From Squalus acanthias (Eukaryota), in contig CM059431.1 of assembly GCA_030390025.1 (NCBI GenBank), forward strand, positions 128,900,001 through 128,964,000: 64,000 bases of DNA. Reading direction: 5' to 3'. The notes beneath the pieces are model-generated. The model saw only the letters and a list, made by a program, of their open reading frames with translations. It had not been told where the DNA came from and searched no databases. Positions 13,351 through 27,709 of this stretch are shown piece by piece. A program made the translations under genes and the position numbers. Each line of letters opens with the position of its first letter. The first letter of the stretch is position 1.

Positions 13351-14244
13351 GACAGAAGAAAGCTCTATAAAAGTTTCGGAAGAATGTTCTCATAAAAGGT
13401 TCCTTAGAAGTAAGAGAAGTAGTAGAGCTGGCAGAAGGTTCCAGTTTCTAACTCATTTCCCAGCACCAGGTTTATGATTATCAACAAGGAAGATGCTTTT
13501 GGACAGTAGAAGATCCAATAATAGGGGTGAATTTTTCCTGCCTGTTTAGTTTTAAGACCTTTCGCACAGTTGCTTCTTGGTAAATGTCCATAATCATTGC
13601 CCACACAGGAATGAAGCATTTTCTGATTGGCAACAAGCTTAACATACTGCCAATGTAATGAAGTTACCCAATCAATGCTGAGCTGCAGCAATATTTTTTT
13701 CAGCTCTTAACAATCAGGAAATTAACCTCTTTATTCCTATAAAACACCAATTGGATGACTCAGAAAATTGAAACCTAATGATACAGAATGTGTTCTTTAC
13801 TTCGGTAAAGATGGCCCTCATCGAAGAAGGAGTTTTATCCAGGAGGAGTGCAATTTTCAACTTAAGATCGCTGCCCCCTCCCTCAATCCATACTGCAAGA
13901 GTAAGCATCGGTGGAAACAATAGCTTGAACGAAGGATTTAGCTGCTGGTCTGAAAGAAATTTAAGGATGTAAAAGAAAAATCAGCATTCAACCGTCAGGA
14001 TCGGGCCGCAACAACAAATGGGGCTTTTGCACTGGCTATTTTGACAATTCCTTTCGAAGCAAAGTGACCTCCCTGCATTGCTCTCCCAAGCTGATTTCTG
14101 CTGCATTAAGGGCAGCCCTGCTCCCTTAATCTGACAGTATATTCATAAAACCACATTTTAATGGGTCTACGAACATTGATCCCCTTAGGACATTTATATT
14201 AGGGAGTGCAAACAATGGAGGGAGGACTTTTCTGTATTCATTCC

Positions 14245-17200
14245 TTGTATGTGGTCATTGCTGACAAGTCTAGCATTTATTACCCATCCCTAATTGCCCT
14301 TGAGAAGATGGTGGTGAGCCGCCTTCTTGAACCGCTGCAGTCCATGTACTGAAGGTACTCCCATAGTGCTGTTGGGAGGGAGTTCCAGGATTTTAACCCA
14401 GCAACGACAAAGGAACGGCGATATATTTCCAAGTCAGGATGGTGTGTGACTTGGGGCTGGATTTTCTCAGTGGTGTCGGGATGGTGGCGAGAGAGCTGGT
14501 TTCCGGGTTGCGGTCCCGCTCCCAGCTTCAGTTACTCTGTCAAAGGGATTTTCCCTTGATTGGTCACTCATTACATCCCCATCACTCTGCCTTCCATACC
14601 CTGCGGGCATATCGGCCAATTAACAGGAAGGGGGTCTGATGACATCATTTGATGATGCGTCATCAGCCGGTTTCCTTAAAGGGACCGCGGCCACATTGAG
14701 TTTGACAGTTGCTCTGTCAGTGTTTGACAACATTGAGGTGCTGCAATCACTGACAAGCACTGCACAAAGGTGGACGCTTGCTCCCAGGCTCTCTAATGAC
14801 TCCTTCCATATGCTTATGGAGGGAGTCACAGCACGCAGGGAGGTTCTCTTCCCTTCCAAGGGCGGAAGAGACCTCCCCAGGACACCAACGCAGCCTGGTT
14901 GCACATTGTACAGGAGGGCAAAAGCAGGGATGTTGTGAGGGGTCCCTGGCTGCAGTGGCGCCAACCTTTCAATGATCTCAGTTGATCACGAAACATTACT
15001 GCGAAGCCACACTCAATCTCACCCTGCTGTGCCACTCATTTACATCCCCATCACTCTGCCTTCCATACCCTTCTCCTGCACATTCTTACTCACACCAACT
15101 TACCTTGCACCTCCACCCAACCCTCTCTATCTACATTATCACTTCCCCATCTCACTAGCCACCCCTCACATTCACCCTCATCCTACTGCAAGCATATCAA
15201 CTAACAACACACAAGGGTAGGCACTTGAGAGGTTTAGCCAATGTCCTTGTGAAGTTTCTGGTAATGTGTTGTCATACAGTGAAATCTATATTTTCAACAC
15301 TGCCCCTTATTGGACATGTCTGTGCGAACCTTGAGAGATGTCTTAGTGAGTTCCAGTGATTGTTGCGACATAACTCCCTGCCCCCCCACCCCCGCTATAG
15401 TGATGAGTGTGCATAGAATGGCTTGGACAGTAAAGGGATGCTTTATGGTGCTGGTGTGGGGTGATGTCAACCTGGCGCATCATGTGGCAGCCAGGGTTTA
15501 CAGTGTCAAGTGAAGTAAATCTGGCCATGGTGATGCCATCGCTGGCCTCCCAGGCAGCAATGTTGTTAGGGGCTGAGGCCCTGTCTCCTGTGCAGCATCA
15601 GGTGATGGCGGAGAAGGTTGGTGATATTGGTGTGCCTGGTGATGTTGGTGTTGGGGCTGATTGTGGAAGGATTCAGAGGACCAAGGTCTGATTTTTTTCA
15701 AGGGCACCGATGTTGCTGGAATAGATGGCAGCTGCAGGTGAGATGACAGAAGCGATCTGTCAATGGTGAGAGAGGTTCTCCCAATGAGGTGGCACTGATT
15801 ATACAGTTGCCTCTAAACACTTGCAAGCTAAAGAAATCTCTGTGTCTCACAAATGCAGTAACCAACAGTTTCTGAGCTTTATTCCACTTCTGCAGCTGTC
15901 AGCTTATCAGATAAATCAAAGCAGACTCAACTCACGACAGGGTGAGCTGGCGTGTTCCCCGAGCAGCGGGTAACCCACGGGGGAGGACGTAAAATTGGAA
16001 GGAAGCCTCGAAATAGCATTAAATTGGCTTTTAACAAGCCATTTAATGAGCTCAATTGTCTCCCCCGCCGATTGGTGTCGGGTCAGTTCTGCGCAGACAG
16101 TCCTGACACCTGGGAGACTCGCATGGAGACGGCTTGACAGTGGGTTTCCTAACCGCTGTCAATCTTTGCTATTTTGACAGCGTACCCGCCTCCAAACCCA
16201 CCCTCTGAGCGCTGGCAAAATTCCGGCCTTGGAGGGGAACTTGGAGGTGATGGTGTTCCAATAAGCCTGCTGCTCTTGTCCTTCTAGGTGTTAGAGGTCG
16301 CAGGTTTGGGAGGTTCTGTCGAAGAAGCCTTGGCGAGTTGCTGCAGTGCATCTTGTAGATGGTACACACTGCAGCCATGGCGTGCCGGTAGTGGAGGGAG
16401 TGAATGTTTAAGGTGGTGGATGGGGTGCCAAATGAGCTACATTGTCCTGGATGGTGTCGAGCTTCTTGAGTGTTGTTGGAGCTGCACTCATCCAGGCATA
16501 TGGAGAGTATTCCATCACACTCCTTACTTGTGCCTTGTAGATGGTGGAAAGGCTTTGGGGAGTCAGGAGGTGAGACACTTGCCACAGAATACCCAGCCAC
16601 CGACCTGCTCTTGCAGCCACAGTATTTATGTGGCTGGTCCAGTTAAGTTTCTGGTCAATGGTGACCCCCAGGATGTTGATTGTTGGAGATCGTCATTGCC
16701 TGGCACTTGTGTGGCGTGAATCTCACTTGCCACTTATCAGCCCAAGCCTGAACATTGTCCAGGTCTTGCTGCATGTGGGCATGGACGGCTTCATTATCTG
16801 AGGAGTTGCGAATGGAACTGAACTCTGCAATCATTAGCGAACATCCCCACTTCTGACCTTATGATGGAGGGAAGGTCATTGATGAAGCTGCTTGGGCCTA
16901 GGACACTGCCCTGAGGAACTCCTACAGTGATGTCCTGGGGCTGAGATGATTGAACTCCAACAACCACATCCATTTTCCTTTATGCCAGTGGAGAGTTTTC
17001 CCCTGATTCCCATTAACTTCAATTTTACTAGGTCTCCTTGATGCCACACTTGGTCACATGCTACCTTAATGTCAAGGGCAGTCACTCTCACCTCACCTCT
17101 GGAATTCAGCTCTTTTGTCCATGTTTGGACCAAGGCTGTAATGAGGTCTGGAGCCGAGTGGTCCTGGCGGAACCCAAACTGAGCATCAGTGAGCAGGTTA

Positions 17201-17460
17201 TTTGTGAGTAAGTGCCACTTGATAGCACTGTTGATGACACCTTCCATCATTTTGTTGATGATTGAGAGTAGACTGATGGGGCAGTAATTGGCCGCACTGG
17301 ATTTGTCCTGCTTCTTGTAGACAGGACATACCTGGGCAGTTTTCCACATTATCGGGCAGATGCCAGTGTTGTAGCTGTACTGGAACAGCTTGGCTAGAGG
17401 CGTGGCTAGTTCTGGAGCACATGTCTTCAACACGACAGCCGGGATGTTGTCAGGACATTA
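14245..17460 (-). mobile_element. LINE RT fragment (same family as 44736-47980), interrupted by a Harbinger-derived element
   Basis: ANYCPISLLS, DAQFGFRQDHSAPDL, VTALDIK; 3' end matches 44740-44950. Confidence 0.85.
14454..16228. mobile_element. Non-autonomous Harbinger-derived element
   Basis: TIRs gggctggatttt and aaaattccggcc; TTG TSD at 14451-14453 and 16229-16231 (the empty site aacttggagggg is seen in the 44.9-kb LINE copy); decayed Myb MEGVTARREVLFPS. Confidence 0.85.
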
Positions 17461-17888
17461 CCTGTATTCGTGTAATACAGAAGTATCTGAAGAGCAATGG
17501 TTTGAAAATTTGGCCTAAAGACTGTAAACGAGTGACCAAGGTACACATAGAGTCATTTGTCAGTAAATCCAGTGAATGTCTTCCATATTATGCATTTTTT
17601 TCTACCATACCTGAACTACTAGGAAGCTTATCCTACAATATTAATAATTAGAAAACATGATTTTCGATTTATGGATGTCATTATCTACCTTTCATTACCC
17701 AAACAATATTTTTGATTATGAAAGAAAACCTCTGCAGTATCCTATTAAAATATAGCTCTTATCTCTCCAACGGTAAACCTGGACTGCCTGGAACCAGCAC
17801 AGCAGGCAACGCCACAGGTATGTAGCCATCAGTGAGAAGTACTATATGGGTTTCACAGCAGAAAACATGAATTGCACGCAGCAGACAG

Positions 17889-17933
<45 letters not shown>

Positions 17934-17934
17934 T

Positions 17935-17975
<41 letters not shown>
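17889..17975 (+). repeat. (GATA)n microsatellite
   Basis: Direct reading of agat repeats. Confidence 0.97.
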
Positions 17976-18049
17976 AAGAAAACAAGAAAGAAAACAAACA
18001 CCTTGATAAATCCAGATATTTGAGGTGCTGCTCAAGTTGACTACAGTAT

Positions 18050-18620
18050 GCTCAATAATGATCCTGGTGGCCGCTTGGTCCCAGCTGTATTTGTGTTCAT
18101 CTAGTGTTTGTGGATGTCACGAGGATGTTATGAGCCAGACCTGAAGAGGTCACATATGAGCCATCCTTCCACAATGCTTCTCCTTCAGATAATTCACAAA
18201 GTATTTCTGCTGAAAGTAGTCATTGACTTGCATTATCTTTCATTGATAGTCATGGACCATTGGCTCTAGCACTTCGTAAATGCCATAGCACTCTGTGTAG
18301 GGATCTGGATTCCCACATGGCTGGTATCAATAATATCTTGGACTTTGGGAATGTTGTAGGAAAAGTGCTGCCAGATTTACTTGGGAAAATAGATGAATGC
18401 AGTCGCCCCAGTGAACAATGTGACCTAATTGATGTACCTGTGCACTGCGGATTGCCTGACATTGCAGAAGTCTCCTAAGGTAGCTTTGATTTATTGGAGG
18501 CATAAAAGTTCAGTGCTGTCCCTATGGTCCATGGTGTCTGCAGCTCAAATTCTAGCAGATGTGAAGATGAAGGTGAAGGTGGTTGATCCTCGGTCATTCC
18601 TAGGTAAGTGTATTATGTCT
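18050..18620 (-). pseudogene. Very decayed HARBI1-like transposase remnant
   Basis: Minus-strand reading TALNFYAS...ATLGDFCNVRQSAVHRYIN...FPKVQDIIDTSHV parallels VALNFYATG...ISQFAVHRCI...FPMVQGAIDCTHV of 4584-5744. Confidence 0.65.
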
Positions 18621-20358
18621 GTACACATAGGTAAGGGCAGGTGTGGGTAGTCTGCTCTGGTGCAAGCAAACTTGCCTCTCACCTTCCTTTCATTCTCTTC
18701 TTTCTCCAAAAAAAGTCAGCTCGGAGAAACAGCCAAAGTAATTCCTGCTTTTCAGAATTTAGATTGTAGCAATTCAAAATTCAGCTTTAAGTACTCTTTT
18801 CCTCAAAATCTATTTTATGGGGAAAGGCTGATTACATTGAGCATTAAAGGCAAGAAGGTTGGCAAAACCTTTCAGATCAGCCATGATCTAATTGAATGGT
18901 GGAACAGACTTGAGGGGCTGTATGGCCTACTTCTGTTCCTATATTCCTTGGGGACTCACTTGCATGAAATTGAATAGTTACTGAAAATCTCACACATTTT
19001 GTGTGAAAGTACTTTAGGCTGACCTACATTTTGAACAAAAACTGCTACACAGCATGATTTGAGCAAGAGTCAGGCAACATGCAGCCCCGTCAGATTCCCC
19101 AGGCCTTGCATGCCTGTACTTTGCTGGCAGGGATGATCTCACCTACTATAAAATCTGCCCTATATTTCCTTTAACTAGCTTAGTTAATTGCACGTGTAAA
19201 CATTCCTTTCTAACTTTTCTGCAGAGAAAAATAAATTACAGTGATAAAGAGAAGAACTACCTTTTAAAATAATGTATAGCTTTATCAGGTGTCGTTCACA
19301 TACAAGGAAACAAATAGTATTATAATAAGAAAGTGTCTGTTGAAGGGGAGAGGAAAAGATACAACGATGGAGCAGACCTTGATCCATTAATTTACTCAAT
19401 TTTATTTTATCCCTGAGGGTGAATTGTATCTGATTAATTCAATAACACTTGACATATTAAGTTATCCATATTTTTGTTCTATTGTAATATAGGCATAAAA
19501 TGTATTTTCATATGGTTTGGTTGATATTTCCAGCCAATGAAACAACTGAATATTTATTGTTATTTTCTGTGAGAATTCTTGATTGTCTTTTGGATTGGTT
19601 ATGAAATATTTATACCATTGCCTGGTAAATAAACAGATGACTCAATTGTCATTACAGACTATGTTCATTGTTATCTTGTTGGGTGTCTGATTTATGTTGG
19701 CTGATCTGTTTGCATGTCATGCATCTCTTTGATTTACATTTACAGATCTATCAGACTATGTTAGTGAGGTGGAGATGGTGGGAGGATAAATCGTACAAGT
19801 AAGTCTCTGAGCTCCTTACACTTGTGAAATGCAAGCCATATCAGAGCTTTGATGAAAACTACTAAGTTTGAAATGCTTCCTGAGGTAGTTTTGGATAGGA
19901 GTATCCATGTGTATAAAATGCACATGTAAGGATTCTTGGTGTCCCTGTAAGATGTGTACTGACATAATGACAATTTCCATCTCTAATATGGCAGCTGTGG
20001 TAGATCTCCCATGGTTCTAGGAGTCTCTGCAGTACTATAGTAAATGTGCTCTACTTCAGAAACACTAGCCCTGCCGCAACTATCAAAATCTTACCTGTGG
20101 TTATTCGCTTCCCTCGGAGGCTAAATAAGTTGGTTAGAGTCTATAAGTGTTCAAATCCTACATAATTGCCTGGATTTTACTTGCATAAACTGCCTGTTTT
20201 TAATCAGTGTAGAGGTGGTATGGCAAGTAAAATGTGGTGAAGCAGCCTTCCACCAAAACCCTGGCCAAAACAATGACTGCCATAATTCCCCGCCCATGAT
20301 CCTGCCATAACACTAAGTCATTCACCATGCCTTGATGCATGCAGGTGAATGAGGGGGC

Positions 20359-22036
20359 TGTAAGGGTTTTGACGTGTCCCTCAGCCTGTGGGATTCACGT
20401 GGCTCTGTGCAGCCTGTATGTCAGTGCGGGTTTAGGCCTTGTTGCCTGTTCTGGTCTCCAGCCAGTCTGGGAGCACTAGACACACCTGTGAGTGGTTCGA
20501 ATCACTCGCCCTTACGGTTCTAGACACTGGACTTAGATGCGAGAGCAGTAATGGAGATGAAACTCAGGTAGACTCGGTTGAATGGTACGAAATGGAAAAT
20601 CTTTATTGCATAATATTTAAGATTACGAAATACATGTCATAAGCACAGATTAATGACAGTACAATCTTACACGCAGTCATGTAACTGATTTCAGGGAAAC
20701 GAGGAACGAACGACACACCGTAAATGGGGACACACATTACAATTATCCTTAATACTTAAACCCTCCCCTATCAATACCTATTCTAAACTAGATTCGTAGG
20801 ATTCGAGACTCATGCTCACCACTCGTGATAACTCGGAGAAATTCCGAATATCTGATCGGATGTTTTCACCGCAGCACCCACGTGTCGATCAGGGGGTCTC
20901 CTGGCCCCACTTGTTTACTCGTTTCTGCTCCGGCTAGCAGGCTGGAACGTCTGCTGTTATGAAGATCTGTGTTTGTGGGTTTCACGTACCAGTCAACACT
21001 TAAGAGAATAATCTCCCGGTGTCCGTCATGAAGATCTGTCTTGGTGGGTTTCACATTCCAGTCAACACTTAAGAGAAGAATCTTCCGGTGTCCGTTCTTT
21101 AAAGTTCAAAGAAGTCTTCCTGGCAAGGAAAAATGTCAATTCGACCTACAGGCGCGGTCGGGGCTTACTGACCGTGGCGATAAGTATGGTCTTCGTCTCT
21201 TCTCATCTCATCTCATCTCATCTCTTCTCGGGCCTTTGGTTCCGATACCGGTTACCAACACAGGTCTTCGTGACACGACACGAGGTAGATCCGAGCGGAT
21301 CACAAAGTTCAACAGTCTTTTAAACGGGACACGAGGCAAGCAGGAACAAGACGGCGAGTCAAGAACACAGGAGCAGCCACCAGGATGAACACCAGCAAGA
21401 TAAGAGAAAGATGGACGGTTGGAGCTTGTAATTATAGTACAAAATCTTCCGTTTCCCGCCCAACCTTAATGTCTTTTCTTTTGTTAGGGTTTGGCGCTCA
21501 AATGTCTTGTATAGGTGATCTCCATTTTTAATGGGTTTCGGGGCTACTCGTAAATGTCTGAGTACCTGTTAATATTTCTCCCATTGTTTAATCGGTCGGT
21601 AGTCTCCCTGGAGGGGTTTTGGGGCCTCCAAGTGTTTTCTGTAACTACCCGCTAACGGCTCTCTCATCGTAGAGTCGTTGGGATTTTACATATTAATGTC
21701 TTTGGATGGGTTCTTGATTACTGGGTACAATAGCCTTTATTCGTACCTGGGAGACCGATTTCAGTATCTATGTGTATACTGCAAACCCAAGATGTCTCGT
21801 GTATTATCTTCAATGTGCTGAATCTTAATCGATCTTGCACAAATGTTTATTGGAACGCCATCTTGTCTGCCTGTTGAAAAGTCTAGAATGTTCCGCCACG
21901 AGGTGCGGCGGCCATTTTACAAGCTGCTTGTGTCCACTTTGAAACCTGACAGCATTCTGCTGAAATAAAAGCTGTTTGTACGAAACTATGTGTTTTCTCC
22001 TTATTAATAAAATCGCGATATATTGTGAATTCTACA
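20359..22036 (-). mobile_element. Solo LTR (about 1.68 kb)
   Basis: TGTAAG...CTACA termini; 4-bp TSD GGGC (20355-20358, 22037-22040); homologous to 26036-27709; orientation inferred from motifs shared with the proviral LTR. Confidence 0.9.
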
Positions 22037-22334
22037 GGGCATGGCCTCGTCGTTTCCAGGATTTACCTGAGTTTCCATCCATTTACCCTTCCGATAAAAC
22101 ACTGCCACTATAAAGGTGGCATGACTTGGCCAGTCTGGTGCCCAAGGGCTGGGAAAAGATTGAGAAGGTGAAAGGTAACACAGGGTAGAATTCTCCAATA
22201 CTGTTTTGGCTGGAAGTCACTTCCAACACTTAGAACTTGTAGTAGCTGAGTATTTAAAGGTATTTGCTGAATTTGAAAGAGAAATTAAACAATGGATTTC
22301 CCTCTTGGGTTGGGTTCTTTAAGGACGTAAAGTT

Positions 22335-22700
22335 GAGGTCATCCAAAACTCTACTGCCCATGTCCTAACTCGCAACAAGTCCCAATCATCCATTACCCCT
22401 GTGCTCACTGACCTACATTGGCTACTGGTTAAGCAACGCCTCAATTTTAAAATTCTCATCCTTGTTTTCAAGTCACTCCATGGCCTCACCCCTCCTTATC
22501 TCTGTACTCTGTGCTCCGCCAATGCTAGCCTCTTGAGCATCCCCAGTTTTAATTGCTCCACCATTGGCAGCTGTGCCTTCAGCTGCTAAGACCTTAAGCT
22601 CTGGAATTCCCTCCCTAAACCTCCCTGCCTCTTACTCCTCCTGAACGATACACCTTAAAACCAACCTATTTGACTAAGATTTTGGTCATATGCCTTAATA
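22335..22700 (+). mobile_element. L2 LINE 3' end
   Basis: IQNSTAHVLTR...ITPVLTDLHWLLVKQRLNFKILILVFKSLHGLTPPYL. Confidence 0.85.
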
Positions 22701-24277
22701 TCCTTAAAGCTTAAAAGTTTTATTTTAGGTTTCTTTGTGGGCCAGGAGGGGCAGGCGTGCACAACCATACCTCACAATGAAGCCTTCGGCCTCCCTTGTG
22801 CTGGGCTACTCCCTTCATTTCCTTTTACAGATCCTTCCCCCCTCCACCCCCATGCCAACCGACATCCTTCCCCCACAATCTCTGCTGAGAGCCTTTCCCA
22901 TCTCCTGATCACTGCCAAAAGCCTTCTACCCCCTCCTAATCCCTGTCGACATCCTTATCCCCTCGCCCGATTCCTCCTGCCAGCCTTCCCCCCATCCCTG
23001 CCGACAGCTTTCTCCCCTCTCCTGATCCCTGTCGACAGCCTTCCCCTCCTGATCACTGCTCCCCTTCTCCCCTCTCACGATCTTGTGGACAGCCTTCTAC
23101 CACCTCCGCATCCCTGCTGACAGCCTTCTCCCACCACCTAATCTATCCACAGGCTTCTCCCCCACTCCCCCAAATGACTGTTGGGCACCATTCACATGCC
23201 TCCTCGGCTGTGGACTCCTGCCACCAGATGCCCACTCCCGCCCATTGGTAGTCAATCTGGCCGGTTGTCGGGTGTGACTCTGCATAGATTTATTTAACTG
23301 AGGCTGTGCCATTAAGATCGGCCTCCAAATCACCGGTCCTCATAACTTAAATTTTCCAGTCCTGGCAACATCCTTGTAAATCTCCTCTGTACCCTCTCTA
23401 GTTCAATCACATCTTTCCTGTAATGTGGTGACCAGAACTGTATGCAGTACTCTAGCTGTGGTCTAACTAGTGTGTTATACAGTTCATGCATAACCTCCCT
23501 GCTCTTATATTCTATGCCTCGGCTAGTAAAATAAAGTATCCCGTATGCCTTCTTAACCACCTTATCTACCTGCCCTGCTACCTTCAGGGATCTGTGGACA
23601 TGTACTTCAAGGTCCCTCTGTTCCTCTACACTTCTCAGTATCCTACCATTTAATTCGTATTCCCTTGTCTTGTTAGCCCTCCCAAAATGTATTACCTCAG
23701 ACTTCTCCGGATTGAATTCATTTGCCACTTTTCTGCCCACCTGACCAGTTCATTGCTATCTTCCTACAGTCTACAGCTTTCTTCCTCACTATCAACCACA
23801 CCAATTTGTATCATTTACAAATTTCTTAATCATGCCCCCTACATTGAAGTCTAAATCATTGATATATACAAAAAGCAAGGGACCTAATACTGAGTCCTCG
23901 GAACCCCACTAGAAACAGCCTTCCAGTCACAAAAACACCCGTCGACCATTACCCTTTGCTTCCTGCCATTAAGCCAATTTTGGATCCAACTTGCCACTTT
24001 CCCTTGGATCCCATGGGCTTTTACTTTTCTGACCAATCTGCCATGTGGGACCTTGTCAAAAACCTTGCTAAAATCCATGTAGACTACATCAACTGTGTTA
24101 CCCTCATCGACCATTCTTGTTACCTCCTCAAAAAATTCAATTAAGTTAGTCAGACAAGACCTTCCCTTAACAAATCCTTGCTTACTGTCCTTGATTAATC
24201 CATGTCTTTCTAAATGACGATTAACACTGTCCCTCAGAATTTTTTCCAATAATTTGCCCACCACTAAAGTTAGGCTG

Positions 24278-24613
24278 AAATAACAACAGAAAGCGCTGGA
24301 AAAACTCAGCAGGCCAGGCAACATCCGTGGAGAGAGAAACAGAGTTGACGTTTCAGGTCGAAGACCCTTCGTCAGAACTGAGAAAAAAGCAGGAAATGAA
24401 ACAGATGAAAAAGCATCCGCAGTATTTTGCTATTGTTAACTTGCTTTTTCACCTGTTTCATTTCCTGCTTTTTTCTCAGTTCTGACGAAGGGTCTTCGAC
24501 CTGAAACGTTAACTCTGTTTCTCTCTCCACGGATGTTGCCTGGCCTGCTGAGCTTTTCCAGTGCTTTCTGTTGTTATTTCAGTTTTCCAGCATCTGCAGT
24601 ATTTTGCTATTGT
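24278..24613 (+). mobile_element. Penelope pLTR fold-back insertion with hammerhead ribozyme core
   Basis: Inverted arms of about 140 bp; TSD actaaagttaggctg at 24263-24277 and 24614-24628; CTGACGA-stemII-GAAAC at 24482-24507; similar to the pLTR at 6520-6640. Confidence 0.85.
24476..24516 (+). ncRNA. Minimal type I hammerhead ribozyme motif
   Basis: cagtt CTGACGA agggtc ttc gacct GAAAC gtt aact: conserved core, stem II hairpin, palindromic stem III. Confidence 0.7.
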
Positions 24614-26035
24614 ACTAAAGTTAGGCTGACTGGCCTGTAATTACTCGGTCTATCCCTTTCTCCCTTTTACAACATTAGCAGTCCTCTGGCACCACACCTG
24701 TAACCAGAGAGGATTGGAAAATGATAGTCAGAGCCTCCGCTATTTCCTCCCTTGCTTCTCTTAACATTTCATCCGGTCCTGGCGATTTATCTACTTTCAA
24801 AGATGCTAAACCCTTAATATTTCCTCTCTCACTATGTTTATCTCATCTAATATTTCACACTCCTCCTCCTTAACTACAATGTCTGCATCATCCCTCTTTT
24901 TTGTGAAGGCAGACGCAAAGTATTCATTAAGAACCATACCCAAGTCTTCTGCCTCCACACACAGGTTACCTTTATGGTCTCGAATAGGCCCTACTCTTTC
25001 TTTAGTTATCCTCTTGCTCTTTATGTATTTATAAAACATCTTTGAGTTTTCCTTGATTTTACTTGCCAATATTTTTCATGCACTCTCTTTGCTTTCCTAA
25101 TTTCCTTTTTAATTTCATCTCACCGCTGCACTTTCTAAACTCTAGGCTTTCTGCAGTATTTAGCTCTGGCATAAGCTTGCCTTTTTATACCTTATCCTAC
25201 CCTGTATACTCCTTGACATCCACGGGGCTCTAGATTTGGGAGTCCCACCGTTTTTCTTTGTGGGAACATCTTTGCTCTGAACCCTCACTATCTCCTCCTT
25301 GAATGCATCCCACTGCTCTGACACTGATTTACCTTCAAATAGCTGTTTCCAGTCCACTTTTGCTAAATCACATCTCAGCTTAGTAAAATTGGTCTTTCCC
25401 CAATTGAGAGCTTTTAATCCTGGTCTATCATTGTCCTTTTCCATAACTACACTAAATCGAACTGACTTATGATCACTACCACCAAAATAGTTTCCCACTG
25501 ATACCCCTTCCACTTGCCCAGCTTCATTCCCTAAAACTAAGTCCAGAACTGCCCCTCTCTTGTTGGCCTTGATGCATACTAAAAAAGTTCTCCTGAATGC
25601 ATTTTAAGAATTCTGCACCCTCTATACCTTTTACACTGATTCTATCCCAGTTAATATTAGGGTAGTTGAAATTCTCAACTATTACTACCCTATTGTTTTT
25701 ACACTTCTCAGAAATTTGCCTACATATTTGCTCTTCTATCTCCCTCTGACTATTTGGGCTCTATAGTACACTCCCAGCAGTGTCATTACCCCTTTTTCAT
25801 TCTTCAGTTCAACCTATATGGCCTCATTTGATGATCCTTCTAACATATCATCCCTCCTTACAGCTGTAATTGTTTCTTTAACCAATATTGCGACCCCCCC
25901 CCTTTTGTATCCCCCTCTCTCTATCTCGTCTGAAAACCCTGTAACCAGGAATGTTGAGCTGCCATTCCTGCCCTTCTTTCAGCCATGTTTCAGTAATAGC
26001 TATGATATCATACTTCCATGTGTCTATCTGTGCCC

Positions 26036-27709
26036 TGTAAGGGATTCTGACCCTGCGTGTCTCGCAGCCTGTGAGATTCACGCGGCTCTGTGCAGCCTGT
26101 ATGTCAGTGCGGGTCTAGGCCTTGTTGCCTGTTCTGGTCTCCAGCCAGTCTGGGAACACTAGACACACCTGTGAGTGGTTCGAATCACTCTCCCTTACGG
26201 TTCTAGACACTGGACTTAGATGCGAGAGCAGTAATGGAGATGAAACTCATGTAGACTTGGTTTGAATGGTACGAAATGGAAAATCTTTATTGCATGATAC
26301 TTAAGATTATGAAATACATGTCATAAGCACAGATTAATGACAGTACAATCTTACAAACAGTTATATAGTCGATCTTAGGGAAACGAGGAACGAACGGCAC
26401 GAAGTAAATAGGGGCACACATTACAAATATCCTTAATCCTTAAACCCTCCCCTATCAAAATCTATCCTAAACTAGATTCGTAGGATTTCGAGACTCATGC
26501 TCACCACTCGTGATAACTCGGAGAAATTCCGAATAGCTGATCGGATGTTTTTCACCGCAGCACCCACGTGTCGGTCAGGAGATCTCCTGGTCCCACTTGT
26601 TTACTTGCTTCTGCTGCTCCGGCTAGCAGGCTGGAACGTCTGCTGTGATGAAGACCTGTGTTGGTTGGTTTAACAGGTACTTTTCGAGCACAGTTGTCAA
26701 TATCATCGATACGATATGTTTCTTTGCAAGTTCGAAGAAGTCTTCCTGGCAAGGAAAACTTGGCTAATCGACCTACAGGCGCGGTCGGGATTTACTGACC
26801 GTGGCGATGGATATGGTCTTCCTCTCTTCTCATCTCATCTCATCTCATCTCATCTCATCTCGGGCCTTTGGTTCCGCTGCCAGTTACCAACATAGGTCTT
26901 CGTTACGCGACACGAGGTAGATCCGAACGGATCAGAAAGTTCAACAGTCTTTTCAGAAGAGGCAACAGGCAAGCAGAAGCCCAACTACGAGTATACAGGA
27001 GCAGCCACGATGTTACGAATCGATCGGATAAGAGCACAGGAGCAGCCACGATGATAAGAGCAGCAAGAGCAGCAAGAGAAAGATGGACGGTTTGGAGCCT
27101 GCAATTATAGTGCAAAATCTTCCGTTTCCCGCCCAACTATAATGTCCATTCTTTTGTTTAAGGTTTGGCGCTCAAATGTCTTGTATGGGTGATCTCCGTT
27201 CTTAATGGGTTTCGGGGCTACTCGTAAATGTCTGAGTACCTGTTAATATTTCTCCCATTGTTAAATCGGTCGGTGTTCTCCCTGGAGGGGTTTGGGGCTT
27301 CCAAGTGTCCTGTATAACTACCTGCTAACGGCTCTCTCATCGTAGAGTCGTTGGGATTTTACATATTAATGTCTTTTGGATGGGCCCTTGATTACTCGGT
27401 ACAATGGCTTTCCTTTGTACCTGGGAGACCGATTTCAGTATCTATGTGTATACTGCAAACCCATAATGTCTCGTGTATTATCTTCACTGTGCTGAATCTT
27501 AATCGATCTTGCACAAATGTTTATTGGAACGCCATCTTGTCTGCCTGTTGAAAAGTCTAGAATGTTCTGTCACGAGGTGCGGCGGCCATTTTACAGGCTG
27601 CTTGTGTCCACTTTAAACCTGCCAGCATTCTGCTGAAATAAAAGCTGTTTGAACGAAACTCTGTGTTTTCTCCTTATTAATAAAATCGCGATATATTGCG
27701 AATTCTACA
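26036..27709 (-). mobile_element. Solo LTR (about 1.67 kb)
   Basis: TGTAAG...CTACA termini; 4-bp TSD GCCC (26032-26035, 27710-27713); inserted in the CR1 APE region. Confidence 0.92.

Noticed and set aside
13704..13972. Possible host coding exon after tttttttcag
   Set aside because: Stops in all frames from the acceptor and no recognisable protein similarity
17788..17803. 16-bp match (ctggaaccagcacagc) to the sequence after the gag stop on the minus strand
   Set aside because: Isolated short match with no flanking similarity; treated as chance
17759..18035. IYLS-repeat ORFs
   Set aside because: Translation of the (GATA)n microsatellite
20490..20507. GGTTCGAATC as part of a tRNA gene
   Set aside because: No A-box or cloverleaf around it; it lies within an LTR and is reported as a hairpin instead
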